This document shows positions 1 to 9,609 of a DNA stretch of 34,861 nucleotides, in pieces. The notes beneath the pieces were generated by a model. It was given only the letters and a program-made list of their open reading frames with translations, was not told the origin of the DNA and did not search any database. Position 1 is the first letter of the stretch, and each line of letters opens with the position of its first letter. A program made the translations under genes and the position numbers. Origin of the DNA: Candidatus Heimdallarchaeota archaeon (GTDB taxonomy: Archaea > Asgardarchaeota > Heimdallarchaeia > Heimdallarchaeales > Heimdallarchaeaceae); the NCBI GenBank assembly GCA_021399345.1, contig JAAFKI010000040.1, positions 1 through 34,861 of the forward strand, read 5' to 3'.

Positions 1-152
1 CATTATAAATTTCCAAATTCTGCGCATATTTGTTTTCCAAAACTACCACTTCTCAACAATTATAGGAAATTTAATCCTATAAGGTTATTATATTTTTACC
101 CTAAACATGTCCAGTTCATAAAGATTATTAATATGAACGTTTTTCAGCTCTT

Positions 153-1130
153 ATGTCATCAGATGATATGTTTCATGGAGATCTTGGAATCATAGGTGGA
201 GGAGTTGGTGGTATGGGTACAGCCATCATTGCCGCCTATAAAGGACTTAAAGTAACTGTCTTTGAAGGAGGTAGGTTGGGTGGTATAGTTACTACACTTT
301 ATGGCCGAAAAATAGTTGAAAATTATCCAGGTGCCCCCAGTATTTTAGCAAAAAGACTTATTGATGAATTTGTTATTCAAAGTCAAGAAGTAAATGCCGA
401 AATTATTGATGAAAGAGTTGTTAAAGTTGAGAAAAAGGATGATGTTCTCACTATTATAACAAATGAAAACCGCTATAATTTTAGAAGTCTAGTTATCGCT
501 ACTGGTTCAAGACCAGCCGAACTAGGTGTTCCAGGAGAAAACAAGTTCAAACGAAAAGATAGAGGATTGTACAACTTCGTTACAGATCCTAATCGCTTCA
601 AAGGAAGTACTGTCATAGTTGTTGGTGGAGGAGATACAGCAATTGATGCTGTTAGGACTATAGCTGGCATTGCTAAAAAGATCTATCTATGTCATAGAAG
701 AGATGCCTTTAGAGCAGCTGAAACAACAGTTCAGGAAATCGTAGACAACAATTTAGCAGAAATAATCTACTCACATCAGCTAAAAGCTTTAGAGGGTGAA
801 GAAAACTTAGAAAGAGCAGTACTTGAACAAGTTGAAACAAAAGAAGAAAAAGTTGTAGAAGTTGATAAATGTGTTCTAGCTGTTGGTCTAAAAACAAGCT
901 TAGAAATTTTTGAAGATATAGGTTTAGAAACAGATGGAAAATATATTACCGTTGATAGAGAGATGAGAACAAGCGTTCCAGGTGTTTTTGCTATAGGAGA
1001 TATAGCTTCAAAATATCAACTGATTGTGATTGCAGTAGCTCAAGGAGCAGTTGCAGCTCATAATGCCTTTGGAATGATCAGAAAACCCTACTGGTATAAA
1101 GACGAAGAATGGCCAACAGAGGTTTGCTAA
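153..1130 (+). CDS. Thioredoxin-reductase-like FAD/NAD(P)H oxidoreductase, probably TrxR-type ferredoxin-NADP+ reductase
   Basis: FAD motif GGGVGG, ATG motif (VIATGS), NADPH motifs GGGDTA and HRRDAFRA, C-terminal TSVPGVFAIGD. The TrxR CxxC position reads GLYNFVTD, with no cysteines. Confidence 0.85.
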   Translation: MSSDDMFHGDLGIIGGGVGGMGTAIIAAYKGLKVTVFEGGRLGGIVTTLYGRKIVENYPGAPSILAKRLIDEFVIQSQEVNAEIIDERVVKVEKKDDVLTIITNENRYNFRSLVIATGSRPAELGVPGENKFKRKDRGLYNFVTDPNRFKGSTVIVVGGGDTAIDAVRTIAGIAKKIYLCHRRDAFRAAETTVQEIVDNNLAEIIYSHQLKALEGEENLERAVLEQVETKEEKVVEVDKCVLAVGLKTSLEIFEDIGLETDGKYITVDREMRTSVPGVFAIGDIASKYQLIVIAVAQGAVAAHNAFGMIRKPYWYKDEEWPTEVC

Positions 1131-1186
1131 TTTTCTCTTTCCTTTTTTTTACATTTATTTATATGTAAGTTCTTTTTTTAGAGTTT

Positions 1187-1747
1187 ATGGATTTATTTTC
1201 TTGGATTGCTAAAAGATATGATAAAATCATCCCAGGTTTTGACCTAAGTACAATTCTGGATAATCTAACATTGTTCCAAAATGAAGTTATTTTGGATTTA
1301 GGAGGAGGAACAGGAAGAATAGCTGCATTATTTGAAGAACATGTTAATGGTTGTATTCTTCTAGATAGATCCTTTGAGATGTTAAATCAGGCGAAAAAGA
1401 AATCTAATAGTGTTATGATGGTACAAGGTGTAAGTGAAGCTTTACCTTTTCGAAGAGGATCAATTCCCCAGATTTTTGCTAATGACACTCTTCATCATAT
1501 ACATAAGCAAGATGAAACAATTGAACAATGTTATGAAATTCTAAGCAGTCCGGGTCACTTAATGGTAAGAGAATTTGATCCTGACCACTGGAAAACATTC
1601 TTTCTTATTTTGTTCGAGAAATTATTATTCTTTGGAAGCAAATTTCTTTCCCCCAAAAGTCTCGAAGATATGTGTAAGAGATTCAATTTCACCGTAGAAT
1701 GGGAGAGATTGACAAAATCCACCTATCTTCTTAATGCTAAAAAATAG
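1187..1747 (+). CDS. Class I SAM-dependent methyltransferase (UbiE/Methyltransf_11-like)
   Basis: ILDLGGGTG motif I, LDRSFEML, EALPF, DTLHH. Confidence 0.85.
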   Translation: MDLFSWIAKRYDKIIPGFDLSTILDNLTLFQNEVILDLGGGTGRIAALFEEHVNGCILLDRSFEMLNQAKKKSNSVMMVQGVSEALPFRRGSIPQIFANDTLHHIHKQDETIEQCYEILSSPGHLMVREFDPDHWKTFFLILFEKLLFFGSKFLSPKSLEDMCKRFNFTVEWERLTKSTYLLNAKK

Positions 1748-1750
1748 CCT

Positions 1751-2464
1751 TCACAGTATAACGAAGAATAAATAGACCATTAGGGCAGTAATACCTGGAA
1801 GCGTAGCATTATCAAGGAATTTGTAACTCAAAGATTCAACAATTGCTCCAATTACAGCTATTACAAGAATTTTCCACCATACTCCAGGTAACATAATCAT
1901 TGAGTTAACTGCGAGAGAAATTGTAACGGCAATAGCTGCTCCTACAAAAACTGCTAAAGACCCCTCCAAGCTTTTCTCTGAAAAGATTTTATACCTAATT
2001 CTGCCAAAGGGTCTACCTATCATTTCACCCAAACCATCACCTAAACTCATGGTTAGATATGCTGCTGAAAAAATGAACAAAAGAGCTTGATCTTTTAAGA
2101 ACCAAAGAAGGACTAAGAGTGTTATACCCGTAAATATTGAGTTAAAAAACAATTCCCATGGGTTAATTTCCTCTCTTGAACACATTTTGAATATTCTCTG
2201 AAGATACTGAATTTGTGGTATAGCTGAAAGAAATAAGAAAAGCCCTAGAGCTAATAGTACTGACACATAAATATCAAATAGATTATCGAAGAAATATGGA
2301 AAGAACGCAACAACAATATGCAAGATCATATGCCCTATCTTTCTTATCTGCCACCTTTTGCAGCCTAATGCTTTAAGCAAGAAAATAGAGTTCACTGTTA
2401 CAATAATAACTAGGAGAGCAATTATGTCTCGTACCCAATCTACTTGAGTGATGTTAAACTCCAT
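1751..2464 (-). CDS. Polyprenol (phytol/farnesol/dolichol) kinase family membrane protein
   Basis: Multiple hydrophobic helices; RKIGHM, GDGLGEMIGRPFG, EKSLEGSLAVF and DNATLP motifs of CTP-dependent polyprenol kinases. Confidence 0.85.
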   Translation of the reverse strand: MEFNITQVDWVRDIIALLVIIVTVNSIFLLKALGCKRWQIRKIGHMILHIVVAFFPYFFDNLFDIYVSVLLALGLFLFLSAIPQIQYLQRIFKMCSREEINPWELFFNSIFTGITLLVLLWFLKDQALLFIFSAAYLTMSLGDGLGEMIGRPFGRIRYKIFSEKSLEGSLAVFVGAAIAVTISLAVNSMIMLPGVWWKILVIAVIGAIVESLSYKFLDNATLPGITALMVYLFFVIL

Positions 2465-2482
2465 TTCTTCACGCCAACTGAT

Positions 2483-3028
2483 TCACTCTGGTTTACATAA
2501 CAACTCTTTCATCTTCATGTGGAAAAAAGTACTGGAATGAGCAGGTTTTACAACCCATGCAGTATCAGCTCCTTTTCCAGTTCCTCCGATAACGATTACA
2601 TCGTTCAAGGAAATGACACCAGCATCTGCTGCCATAGCAACAATTTCTGCGCAAACCTTAGTACCTTGACCAAATATTCTCAGAGTCTCAGCCATAATTT
2701 CAGCTGTCAACCACGTACCATGTTTTTTCCTAACTGCTCTATCAACACCAGCTAAAACATGAGTAGCAGTTACAACTGTTACATCTTTAGATTCAAGTTC
2801 TTGAATTGCTTCAGCAGGAATTTCCATTTCACCAGGTTCTCGAAATCCAGCTTGATGAGTGACGGCTATCAACTTAACCCCAGTAAAGGCTTTAGCTGCT
2901 TTTAAAGCGGTGTTTCCTGAGGTTGTAGCTATAATAACTTGGTTAATATCCCCCTTTTCTAGTCGCTTTTTCACTAGAGTAAATATTTCTTCAGAATAAT
3001 CACCCGATTTGGGAAAATGAACGGTCAT
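2483..3028 (-). CDS. Pyruvate kinase C-terminal-like domain protein (MTH1675-like)
   Basis: IATTSGNTA, VTHQAGF, TLRIFGQGTKVCAEIVAMAADAG, GGTGKGADTA. Confidence 0.85.
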   Translation of the reverse strand: MTVHFPKSGDYSEEIFTLVKKRLEKGDINQVIIATTSGNTALKAAKAFTGVKLIAVTHQAGFREPGEMEIPAEAIQELESKDVTVVTATHVLAGVDRAVRKKHGTWLTAEIMAETLRIFGQGTKVCAEIVAMAADAGVISLNDVIVIGGTGKGADTAWVVKPAHSSTFFHMKMKELLCKPE

Positions 3029-3133
3029 ACAATAGGTTAGGTGCTTGTAATTTAAAATTGTTTGTCATGTGATATCTAGACAAGTTTACAACTTTCTTTT
3101 GTGAAATAGCATATAGTTTGAAAATATTTATAG

Positions 3134-3565
3134 ATGAGCAATCAAATTTATAGTATAATGAGTATAAGTTTTGAGCTTGAACAAGGAAAACTCAATGCGA
3201 TTATAATTAAATCGAGAAAGATTATGCTCAATAAGGGACAGTTGGAAATTTTTGAAAAACTCCTCGAATGTGTTATGAATGCTATGCCTAGCACGAAAAG
3301 ATCTGGAATTGAGACAGTTCTAAAAAAGACATGCCGAGAGTGGGAAATAGAGAAAGGTCGCCCAATAAATGAATTCAGATTTATTCATGCAAATGAAAGA
3401 ATGAAAGCTTTTGATGAGATTTTGATAAAATTCTTCTTGACTTTAAGGGAAATAATGATTCATTCTATTAATGCAGAAACTGTTGCTTTTCTTAGAAGTG
3501 CGATTCTAACTAGCTATAAAGATTTTCTAGAAGCAGAAGGATATGTGGTGGATTACTCCTCTTAA
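3134..3565 (+). CDS. Hypothetical protein (true start may be ATG at 3224)
   Basis: 143-codon ORF with helical composition. A TATA-like TTATAATT lies near 3201, upstream of the ATG at 3224. No recognised motif. Confidence 0.6.
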   Translation: MSNQIYSIMSISFELEQGKLNAIIIKSRKIMLNKGQLEIFEKLLECVMNAMPSTKRSGIETVLKKTCREWEIEKGRPINEFRFIHANERMKAFDEILIKFFLTLREIMIHSINAETVAFLRSAILTSYKDFLEAEGYVVDYSS

Positions 3566-3679
3566 AAGTGAATTTACTCAAATCAAAGTAGATATACTCA
3601 ATTTTTGAAGAGGCTGCAGCTGAAGCTGAACAACTCACAAAGGAAAAGGCACAATTAGTCATCTAATAGCCTTTTTTCT

Positions 3680-4141
3680 TTATTTTCTTGTTTTAAGAGC
3701 TGATTGAATAGTACGTTGAATCCACTCTTCTATATTTGGATCCCCTTCCAGTTCATAACAGAAGTTCCAATGTTCTCCAACTATTAACCCCATTAGAGCA
3801 ATTTTTTTGAACTTTCTTGGTTTATTTTCAAGAGTTATGAAAAGAAAAAGTAATTTTGCAGCTTTTAGTTTTAGTTTTTCCTTGTCTAATGAATAATCTA
3901 GTAACACTTCATCGTCTTGTAAAGTAATTGCAACTTCCTCAGCATTTGTATTAACTGAAGCAAATTTAGTTAGAGCTAGAAGTGAATAATTTCTTACCCA
4001 ATCAATCCTTGAAGAGGTTTGAGCATGCCCAAAGAGAGAAGTTAAGCAGCCGTTTTTTATTAAATCTTGAAGTGCTTCCCGTCTAGCTGAATCCCCTAAA
4101 GAAGGTGTAGATATGATTTTATCAAACGTACTGCAATCCAT
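3680..4141 (-). CDS. Hypothetical alpha-helical protein, possibly HEAT-like repeats
   Basis: 153 aa with recurring D/E-x-x-R-x-x-A-L-x-x-L-like segments; SD-like GGAAGGT upstream. Confidence 0.6.
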   Translation of the reverse strand: MDCSTFDKIISTPSLGDSARREALQDLIKNGCLTSLFGHAQTSSRIDWVRNYSLLALTKFASVNTNAEEVAITLQDDEVLLDYSLDKEKLKLKAAKLLFLFITLENKPRKFKKIALMGLIVGEHWNFCYELEGDPNIEEWIQRTIQSALKTRK

Positions 4142-4214
4142 TAAAATAATATTACCTTCCTTTTAAATAAACTTTGAGAAAAGGTTGATGATAAAATTTT
4201 TAACTATCATTTGA

Positions 4215-4745
4215 TTGAAGAGCATAATGGATGCTGTGACTCATGGTAGCGTTTCTGTTCTAATTGGGCTGATATTTGTTCAATTCTATCATGATATACC
4301 TATTTGGCTGCTTCTTATTGTTATGTTTGTTTTTGGAATTCTTGTAGACTACGACCATGTTTTTTACTATCGAAAAAATTTCAAGGAAATCAAAATTTGG
4401 AATGTTCCAAAACTAATCAAAGTATATTTCCAAACACTAGATGAAAGAGATGACTTCATTTATCATACTTGGTTGCATGAACCTTTTGGAGTGTTAGTTG
4501 TAGGAGGATTAAGTTATCTTATATTTGGGATAAGGGGACCGTACCCCGAACTTGCAATTCTTGCTTCTTGCGTCTATTTAGGGCATTTTCTGCTGGACTT
4601 GTTGTCTGGTAAAATGAAACCTTTAGCTCCATTTTATCCTAAATTCACAATTGATCTGAGAATTCTTCCCGCAAGCTCATTTACAGCAGCGTCAATTACT
4701 CTTACTGCATTTTTGATAGGGTTATTAGTATATATTTTCACTTAA
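4215..4745 (+). CDS. Membrane-bound metal-dependent hydrolase (YdjM-like); start probably ATG 4227
   Basis: TH near the N-terminus, DYDH, HTWLH and HFLLD metal-ligand motifs between TM helices. Confidence 0.8.
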   Translation: MKSIMDAVTHGSVSVLIGLIFVQFYHDIPIWLLLIVMFVFGILVDYDHVFYYRKNFKEIKIWNVPKLIKVYFQTLDERDDFIYHTWLHEPFGVLVVGGLSYLIFGIRGPYPELAILASCVYLGHFLLDLLSGKMKPLAPFYPKFTIDLRILPASSFTAASITLTAFLIGLLVYIFT

Positions 4746-4796
4746 ATTCAGTTTTCTCTAGATAAATTTTTGAATTCTTAGCTAATTGTACAATTA

Positions 4797-7205
4797 ATGT
4801 CTTCAGATATTGTTGGAAAAATTCCCTTTTGGTTGGTAAAATTCGCAATAAATAATGTCTTCAGAAAGAAAATGTTAGAGTACAATAAGGTGGTTTTGCC
4901 TAAAGATGAATCAAAATGGAACAAAATGAATAATATGGTTTCCAGTAAAGCTCGTAAGTATGATTTTGATGCATCCTTAGAGGATGGGGAATTTCAGATC
5001 AAATCTGTAGCTAATGGAATTATAAATATTCGATTTTCTAAGAATTTATCTGATATTCCACAAACTGATGCAATTATACTTGAAAGTAAAAAACCTCCAG
5101 CTTTAGTAACCACGGAAGAGAAAGATAAAATTACAATTAGTCAGGAATCAGGACCAATTGTATTTCTTGTTACTGAGATAGATAAGGAAAAGGGACAAAT
5201 TATCTTTAAAGATGGATTTGGATTCCAAATATTTGCTGAGGAATTTCCTAGTTATCATGAAGAAGACTGGTATAAGGTAGAAAAATTACCAGAAGTTGGA
5301 TGTGAGAATTATTATGGATTTGGGGAAAAAGGAGGACCATTAGATAAGAAGGGTGAAACAATTTCCTTCTGGAATACTGATTCGTTTTCATATAACACAG
5401 ATGATTCAAAATTATATCAATCTCAACCTGTGCAAATTGTAGTTCGATCAAACGGATTCTGTTATGCAATTGTATTTGATAATCCAAATCGTAGTCAAAT
5501 CAAGATAGGTGACACTGATGATTGTTCAACAAAATACTATGTTAATGGGGGAGGAATCAATTATTATCTTATTGTTGGTCCAACAGTAAATAAAGTATTT
5601 TCAAAATTAGCTGATCTTCTCGGTAAAGCTCCATTTCCTCCAATTTCTGCTCTCGGTCACCATCAAAGCCGTTGGTCATATTATCCAGAATCAGAAGTAA
5701 GAAAACTAGCTTCAGAATTTCGAAACAGGAATATCCCATGTGATTACATACATTTAGATATCGACTATATGAATGAATACCGAATTTTTACATGGAATAA
5801 AACTCATTTTCCCAATCCTAAGAAATTATCAAAAGATCTTCTAGAACAAGGTTTTCGTTTAATGGCCATGACAGACCCAGGAGTTAAAGTAGATCCTAAA
5901 TATAAAATTTACAAAGAAGGACTTAAAGGAGGTCATTTTTGCTTAAATCCCGATGGTTCTGTATTTACTGGTCCTGTATGGCCTGGTGATTGTCATTTTC
6001 CTGATTTTACTCAGATAAAAACTCGTGAATGGTTTGGTGGTCACTTTTCTGCTCTAACAAATGTAGGCATTAGTGGTTTTTGGATTGATATGAACGATCC
6101 ATCTCTTTTTAACGAAAAAGGAACAATAGGGGATGATATTATCCATCCAAATGAAGGCAATCCTCGTTTACACAAAGAGGTGCATAATGAGTATGGTCAT
6201 TTAATGGCAAAAGCAGCTTATGAAGGATTAGAAAAACTGTTACCAAACAAACGAATCTATATCAACTCCAGATCAGCTTATTTGGGAACTCATCGGTATG
6301 CAGGGACTTGGACAGGTGACAATATCGCCAACTGGGACCATTTACAAATTTCGATTCCTATGATGTTAAATATGGCTGCTTCTGGTCAATTAATGATAGG
6401 TCCAGATATTGGAGGATTCGCAGGAAAACCAGGAGCTGAGTTGCTTATTCGTTGGTATCAAGCTGGATGTCTGTATCCATATTTCAGAAATCATACGATT
6501 AACAAGAAGTGCTCTCAAGAACCATGGGCTTTTGGAAAGAAAACAGAAGAAATTATTAGAAAAACAATTCAATTAAGATATTCTTTGATGCTATATATCT
6601 ACACAAGTGTCAGACAAACTTGTTTAACTGGCATTCCAGTTTTTCGAGCTTTATGGATAGATTACCCGAATGATCCAATGGCTCAAATTGCAGAATGGTC
6701 AGAAACTGAATATCTGTTTGGAGATAGTTTACTTTTAGCACCAATTCTTAAGAGAGGTAAAAGGAAACGAGATGTTTATTTTCCTCATGGAAAGTGGTAT
6801 AGTTTCTGTGGAAAACATATTTTTGAAGGTGGTAAAGTACATGAAATTGATGTTCCTTTAGATGTGACTCCATTGTTTGTTAAGGAAGGTTCGATAATAC
6901 CTTACATTGAAAAACCGATTCAACATACAGGAGAAATATATAACTCTATAATTTCTCTTAGAGTATATCCAACAGTTTCTCTAACAGATTCTATAGCTGA
7001 AGGAGAGATCTATCTAGATGATGGAGATTCTCTTGAATTTTCAAAAGGAGACTATGAGATTGTTAAAATCCAAGGAGAAAAGAAAGCAAAAGACACATGG
7101 TATTTCAAAATAAGTCGAGAAGGAAAAAAGAGAAAATATATCGAATTAGGAGAAATAACAATTTTCGGTGAAGAAAAATCAAACTATCTTGTATTTGAAA
7201 AATAG
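4797..7205 (+). CDS. Glycoside hydrolase family 31 alpha-glucosidase
   Basis: GHHQSRWSY, IHLDIDYM, nucleophile motif WIDMNDPS, acid/base motif WTGDN, GPDIGGF, FRNH. Confidence 0.95.
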   Translation: MSSDIVGKIPFWLVKFAINNVFRKKMLEYNKVVLPKDESKWNKMNNMVSSKARKYDFDASLEDGEFQIKSVANGIINIRFSKNLSDIPQTDAIILESKKPPALVTTEEKDKITISQESGPIVFLVTEIDKEKGQIIFKDGFGFQIFAEEFPSYHEEDWYKVEKLPEVGCENYYGFGEKGGPLDKKGETISFWNTDSFSYNTDDSKLYQSQPVQIVVRSNGFCYAIVFDNPNRSQIKIGDTDDCSTKYYVNGGGINYYLIVGPTVNKVFSKLADLLGKAPFPPISALGHHQSRWSYYPESEVRKLASEFRNRNIPCDYIHLDIDYMNEYRIFTWNKTHFPNPKKLSKDLLEQGFRLMAMTDPGVKVDPKYKIYKEGLKGGHFCLNPDGSVFTGPVWPGDCHFPDFTQIKTREWFGGHFSALTNVGISGFWIDMNDPSLFNEKGTIGDDIIHPNEGNPRLHKEVHNEYGHLMAKAAYEGLEKLLPNKRIYINSRSAYLGTHRYAGTWTGDNIANWDHLQISIPMMLNMAASGQLMIGPDIGGFAGKPGAELLIRWYQAGCLYPYFRNHTINKKCSQEPWAFGKKTEEIIRKTIQLRYSLMLYIYTSVRQTCLTGIPVFRALWIDYPNDPMAQIAEWSETEYLFGDSLLLAPILKRGKRKRDVYFPHGKWYSFCGKHIFEGGKVHEIDVPLDVTPLFVKEGSIIPYIEKPIQHTGEIYNSIISLRVYPTVSLTDSIAEGEIYLDDGDSLEFSKGDYEIVKIQGEKKAKDTWYFKISREGKKRKYIELGEITIFGEEKSNYLVFEK

Positions 7206-7209
7206 AAGC

Positions 7210-7917
7210 TTAATCAAGATGATTAAATGCTTTACGCCAAGTATATTTTTTGAAAGCTTCTCCATATTTTGCAAATGCAACTCTTCCAATCATAAGCATT
7301 CCTGCAATCTTGAAGGCTCTAACTGGCCATTCACCATAAGCTTCTTCATAAACATCAAAGAATTTCATTATTCTATCTTGCTGGTGAGTTACATCAACAT
7401 AAACACAATTATCACTAGATGAATCTAAACTTATCATTGGAGTATAAAGACTGATTGGTTTTCTATTAGGAGTTAAGTTATCCCCATCATCATTATATCT
7501 GGCATAAGATATGGCATCTAGTGCAATGTCATGAGTATATCTATGATCAGGATGACCTGTACCAATATTATGTGATTTTCCCCAGGTAATAACAATATCT
7601 GGTTTAAGCTGTTTAAAAATACGTGCAAGTTTTTTCGCGTTTTCTACAGATGGAAATACACCAGAATCAGGTAAGTCAAGTAATCTATATTGTGCCCCCA
7701 ATATTTTCTCAATTTTATTTACATGTCCTTGTCTAATCAGGGTTATTTCATCATGTGTTCCTTGCAAAGAAGAGGCATTTTCACCATGAGTTAGTAGAAT
7801 GACATAGACATTATCCCCACGATCGCTGTGATTCATTAGAGTACCAACAGCTCCTGCCTCATCATCAGGATGAGCAAAAACTGCTACAACATTTAGAGGA
7901 GTATATTCGTTGTTCAT
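7210..7917 (-). CDS. PIG-L/LmbE family N-acetylglucosaminyl deacetylase
   Basis: AHPDDE, LTHGE and GHPDH zinc motifs. Confidence 0.92.
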   Translation of the reverse strand: MNNEYTPLNVVAVFAHPDDEAGAVGTLMNHSDRGDNVYVILLTHGENASSLQGTHDEITLIRQGHVNKIEKILGAQYRLLDLPDSGVFPSVENAKKLARIFKQLKPDIVITWGKSHNIGTGHPDHRYTHDIALDAISYARYNDDGDNLTPNRKPISLYTPMISLDSSSDNCVYVDVTHQQDRIMKFFDVYEEAYGEWPVRAFKIAGMLMIGRVAFAKYGEAFKKYTWRKAFNHLD

Positions 7918-7982
7918 TAATCAATAATCAAAACTAACCTATTAAAAAACGTGCTTTTTACAAAAAAGGGGAGTAATGGTTT

Positions 7983-9494
7983 CTAAAAACCATATAAGTA
8001 TGAATATTTGTCTTTAAGATGCTTTATTAGATACTTGGTATCTGGTAATTCTCCTGTTACTTCTTTAACAAGTTCTGGTGGATCGTAAAGATTCCCTTTG
8101 TGATGAACATTCTTTGTTAACCAATCAGTTAGGGATTTAATATCACCTTTTTCCAATCCTACATTCCAATCGGGGATTTCTTGCACTAATTTAGCAAAGA
8201 ATTGGGCTCCATAGACGTTTCCAAGAGTATAAGTTGGGAAATATCCAAAGGATCCCCCACTCCAGTGAATATCTTGAATTACTCCATTACTGATCTTATC
8301 AACATCTATACCTATCGTCTCTTTCATTTTCTTATTCCATACTTCAGGAAGTTCATCAATACTGATTTTTCCTTCAAAGAGATCTCGTTCTATTTCAAAA
8401 CGAAGAATGATATGTAAATTATATGTAACTTCATCAGCTTCAACTCTAATAAGTGATGGCTGCACAGCATTAACAGCTAGAATAAAATCATCATATTTTA
8501 CATCACTAAAAATATCTCCCATGAGTTTCTTGAATTTCTCAAGATAAAACCACCAAAATGATTTACTTCTACCAATTATGTTTTCGTATAATCTGGATTG
8601 TGATTCATGAATTCCCATTGAGCAGTAATTCCCAATAGGTTGGTATCTAAGTTCATTAGGTAGATTCTGTTCATAACACCCATGTCCAGTTTCATGCATT
8701 ACTGCAAATAATGATCTAGTAAAATCATCCAATGCATATCTAGTTGTAATTCGAATGTCATCATATTCTCCTCCAGTAAAGGGATGTGCAGATGCATCAA
8801 TTCTACCTTTATCCATGTCAAAATTAAATAATTTCATAAGTTCTAAAGAAAGTTTTTCCTGTAGTTCTATTGGAACTTTTCTTCTAATTAGAGAAAAATC
8901 AGGCTTTCTCTTAGACTGTTTAATCTTTTCTAGTAATTCTACAGTTGCTTCTTTCAAAGGATCAAAAATCTTGTTATATTTCTCAATCGTCATTCCAGGT
9001 TCATAGAGATCTAGTAAGACTTCATAGGCAGGTAAATCTGGATTTAAGTAATTTGCATATTTCTTTGTAAGTTCGAACAACTTTTCCAAATGGGGTTTAA
9101 AGAGATTATAATCATTATTAGTTCTAGCTTCTTTCCATTTTTCAATGGAAATAACTGATTCTTTTGTATATTCCTCTACAAATTCTGGAGGAATTTTAGT
9201 CGCTCTATCATAATCTCTTTGCATCAGATATATGTTTCTTTTTTCTTGATAGCTTAAGGTTTCATAATCTGTGTGTTCTTTGATTTCCTTTAGCAATTTT
9301 CCAATCACAGGATCTGTTTGTTTTTTATGAGCTAATGTAGCTACATATGCTTGTTGTTCACTTCTTTGCATAACTGAACCCTTAGGCATCATTACTTCTT
9401 GATCCCAGCTAAGTATCTGAGCTATCTGTTCAATTACTCTTAACTCCTTCATTTTTTTGAGAAGTGTATCATATTGTTTTTTCATATACATCAA
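7983..9494 (-). CDS. Carboxypeptidase, M32 (carboxypeptidase Taq) family
   Basis: HPF, DIRITTR, HETGH (HExxH), HESQS, IRVEADE, QDIHW, GYFPTYTLG. Confidence 0.97.
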   Translation of the reverse strand: MMYMKKQYDTLLKKMKELRVIEQIAQILSWDQEVMMPKGSVMQRSEQQAYVATLAHKKQTDPVIGKLLKEIKEHTDYETLSYQEKRNIYLMQRDYDRATKIPPEFVEEYTKESVISIEKWKEARTNNDYNLFKPHLEKLFELTKKYANYLNPDLPAYEVLLDLYEPGMTIEKYNKIFDPLKEATVELLEKIKQSKRKPDFSLIRRKVPIELQEKLSLELMKLFNFDMDKGRIDASAHPFTGGEYDDIRITTRYALDDFTRSLFAVMHETGHGCYEQNLPNELRYQPIGNYCSMGIHESQSRLYENIIGRSKSFWWFYLEKFKKLMGDIFSDVKYDDFILAVNAVQPSLIRVEADEVTYNLHIILRFEIERDLFEGKISIDELPEVWNKKMKETIGIDVDKISNGVIQDIHWSGGSFGYFPTYTLGNVYGAQFFAKLVQEIPDWNVGLEKGDIKSLTDWLTKNVHHKGNLYDPPELVKEVTGELPDTKYLIKHLKDKYSYLYGF

Positions 9495-9609
9495 CTGATT
9501 ATTGAGAATTTTTTCCTAAGTATACTGATAAATGTTTTTACTAATGTAACAAAATGGTTAGCAGAATATTTCATAAAAGTATAAAAGGGATTGTCGACTA
9601 AAAGAGTAT

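Noticed and set aside
6078-6105. GH31 motif WIDMNDP instead of WIDMNEP suggesting inactivation
   Set aside because: The catalytic nucleophile Asp and the acid/base Asp (WTGDN) are intact; the change is conservative.
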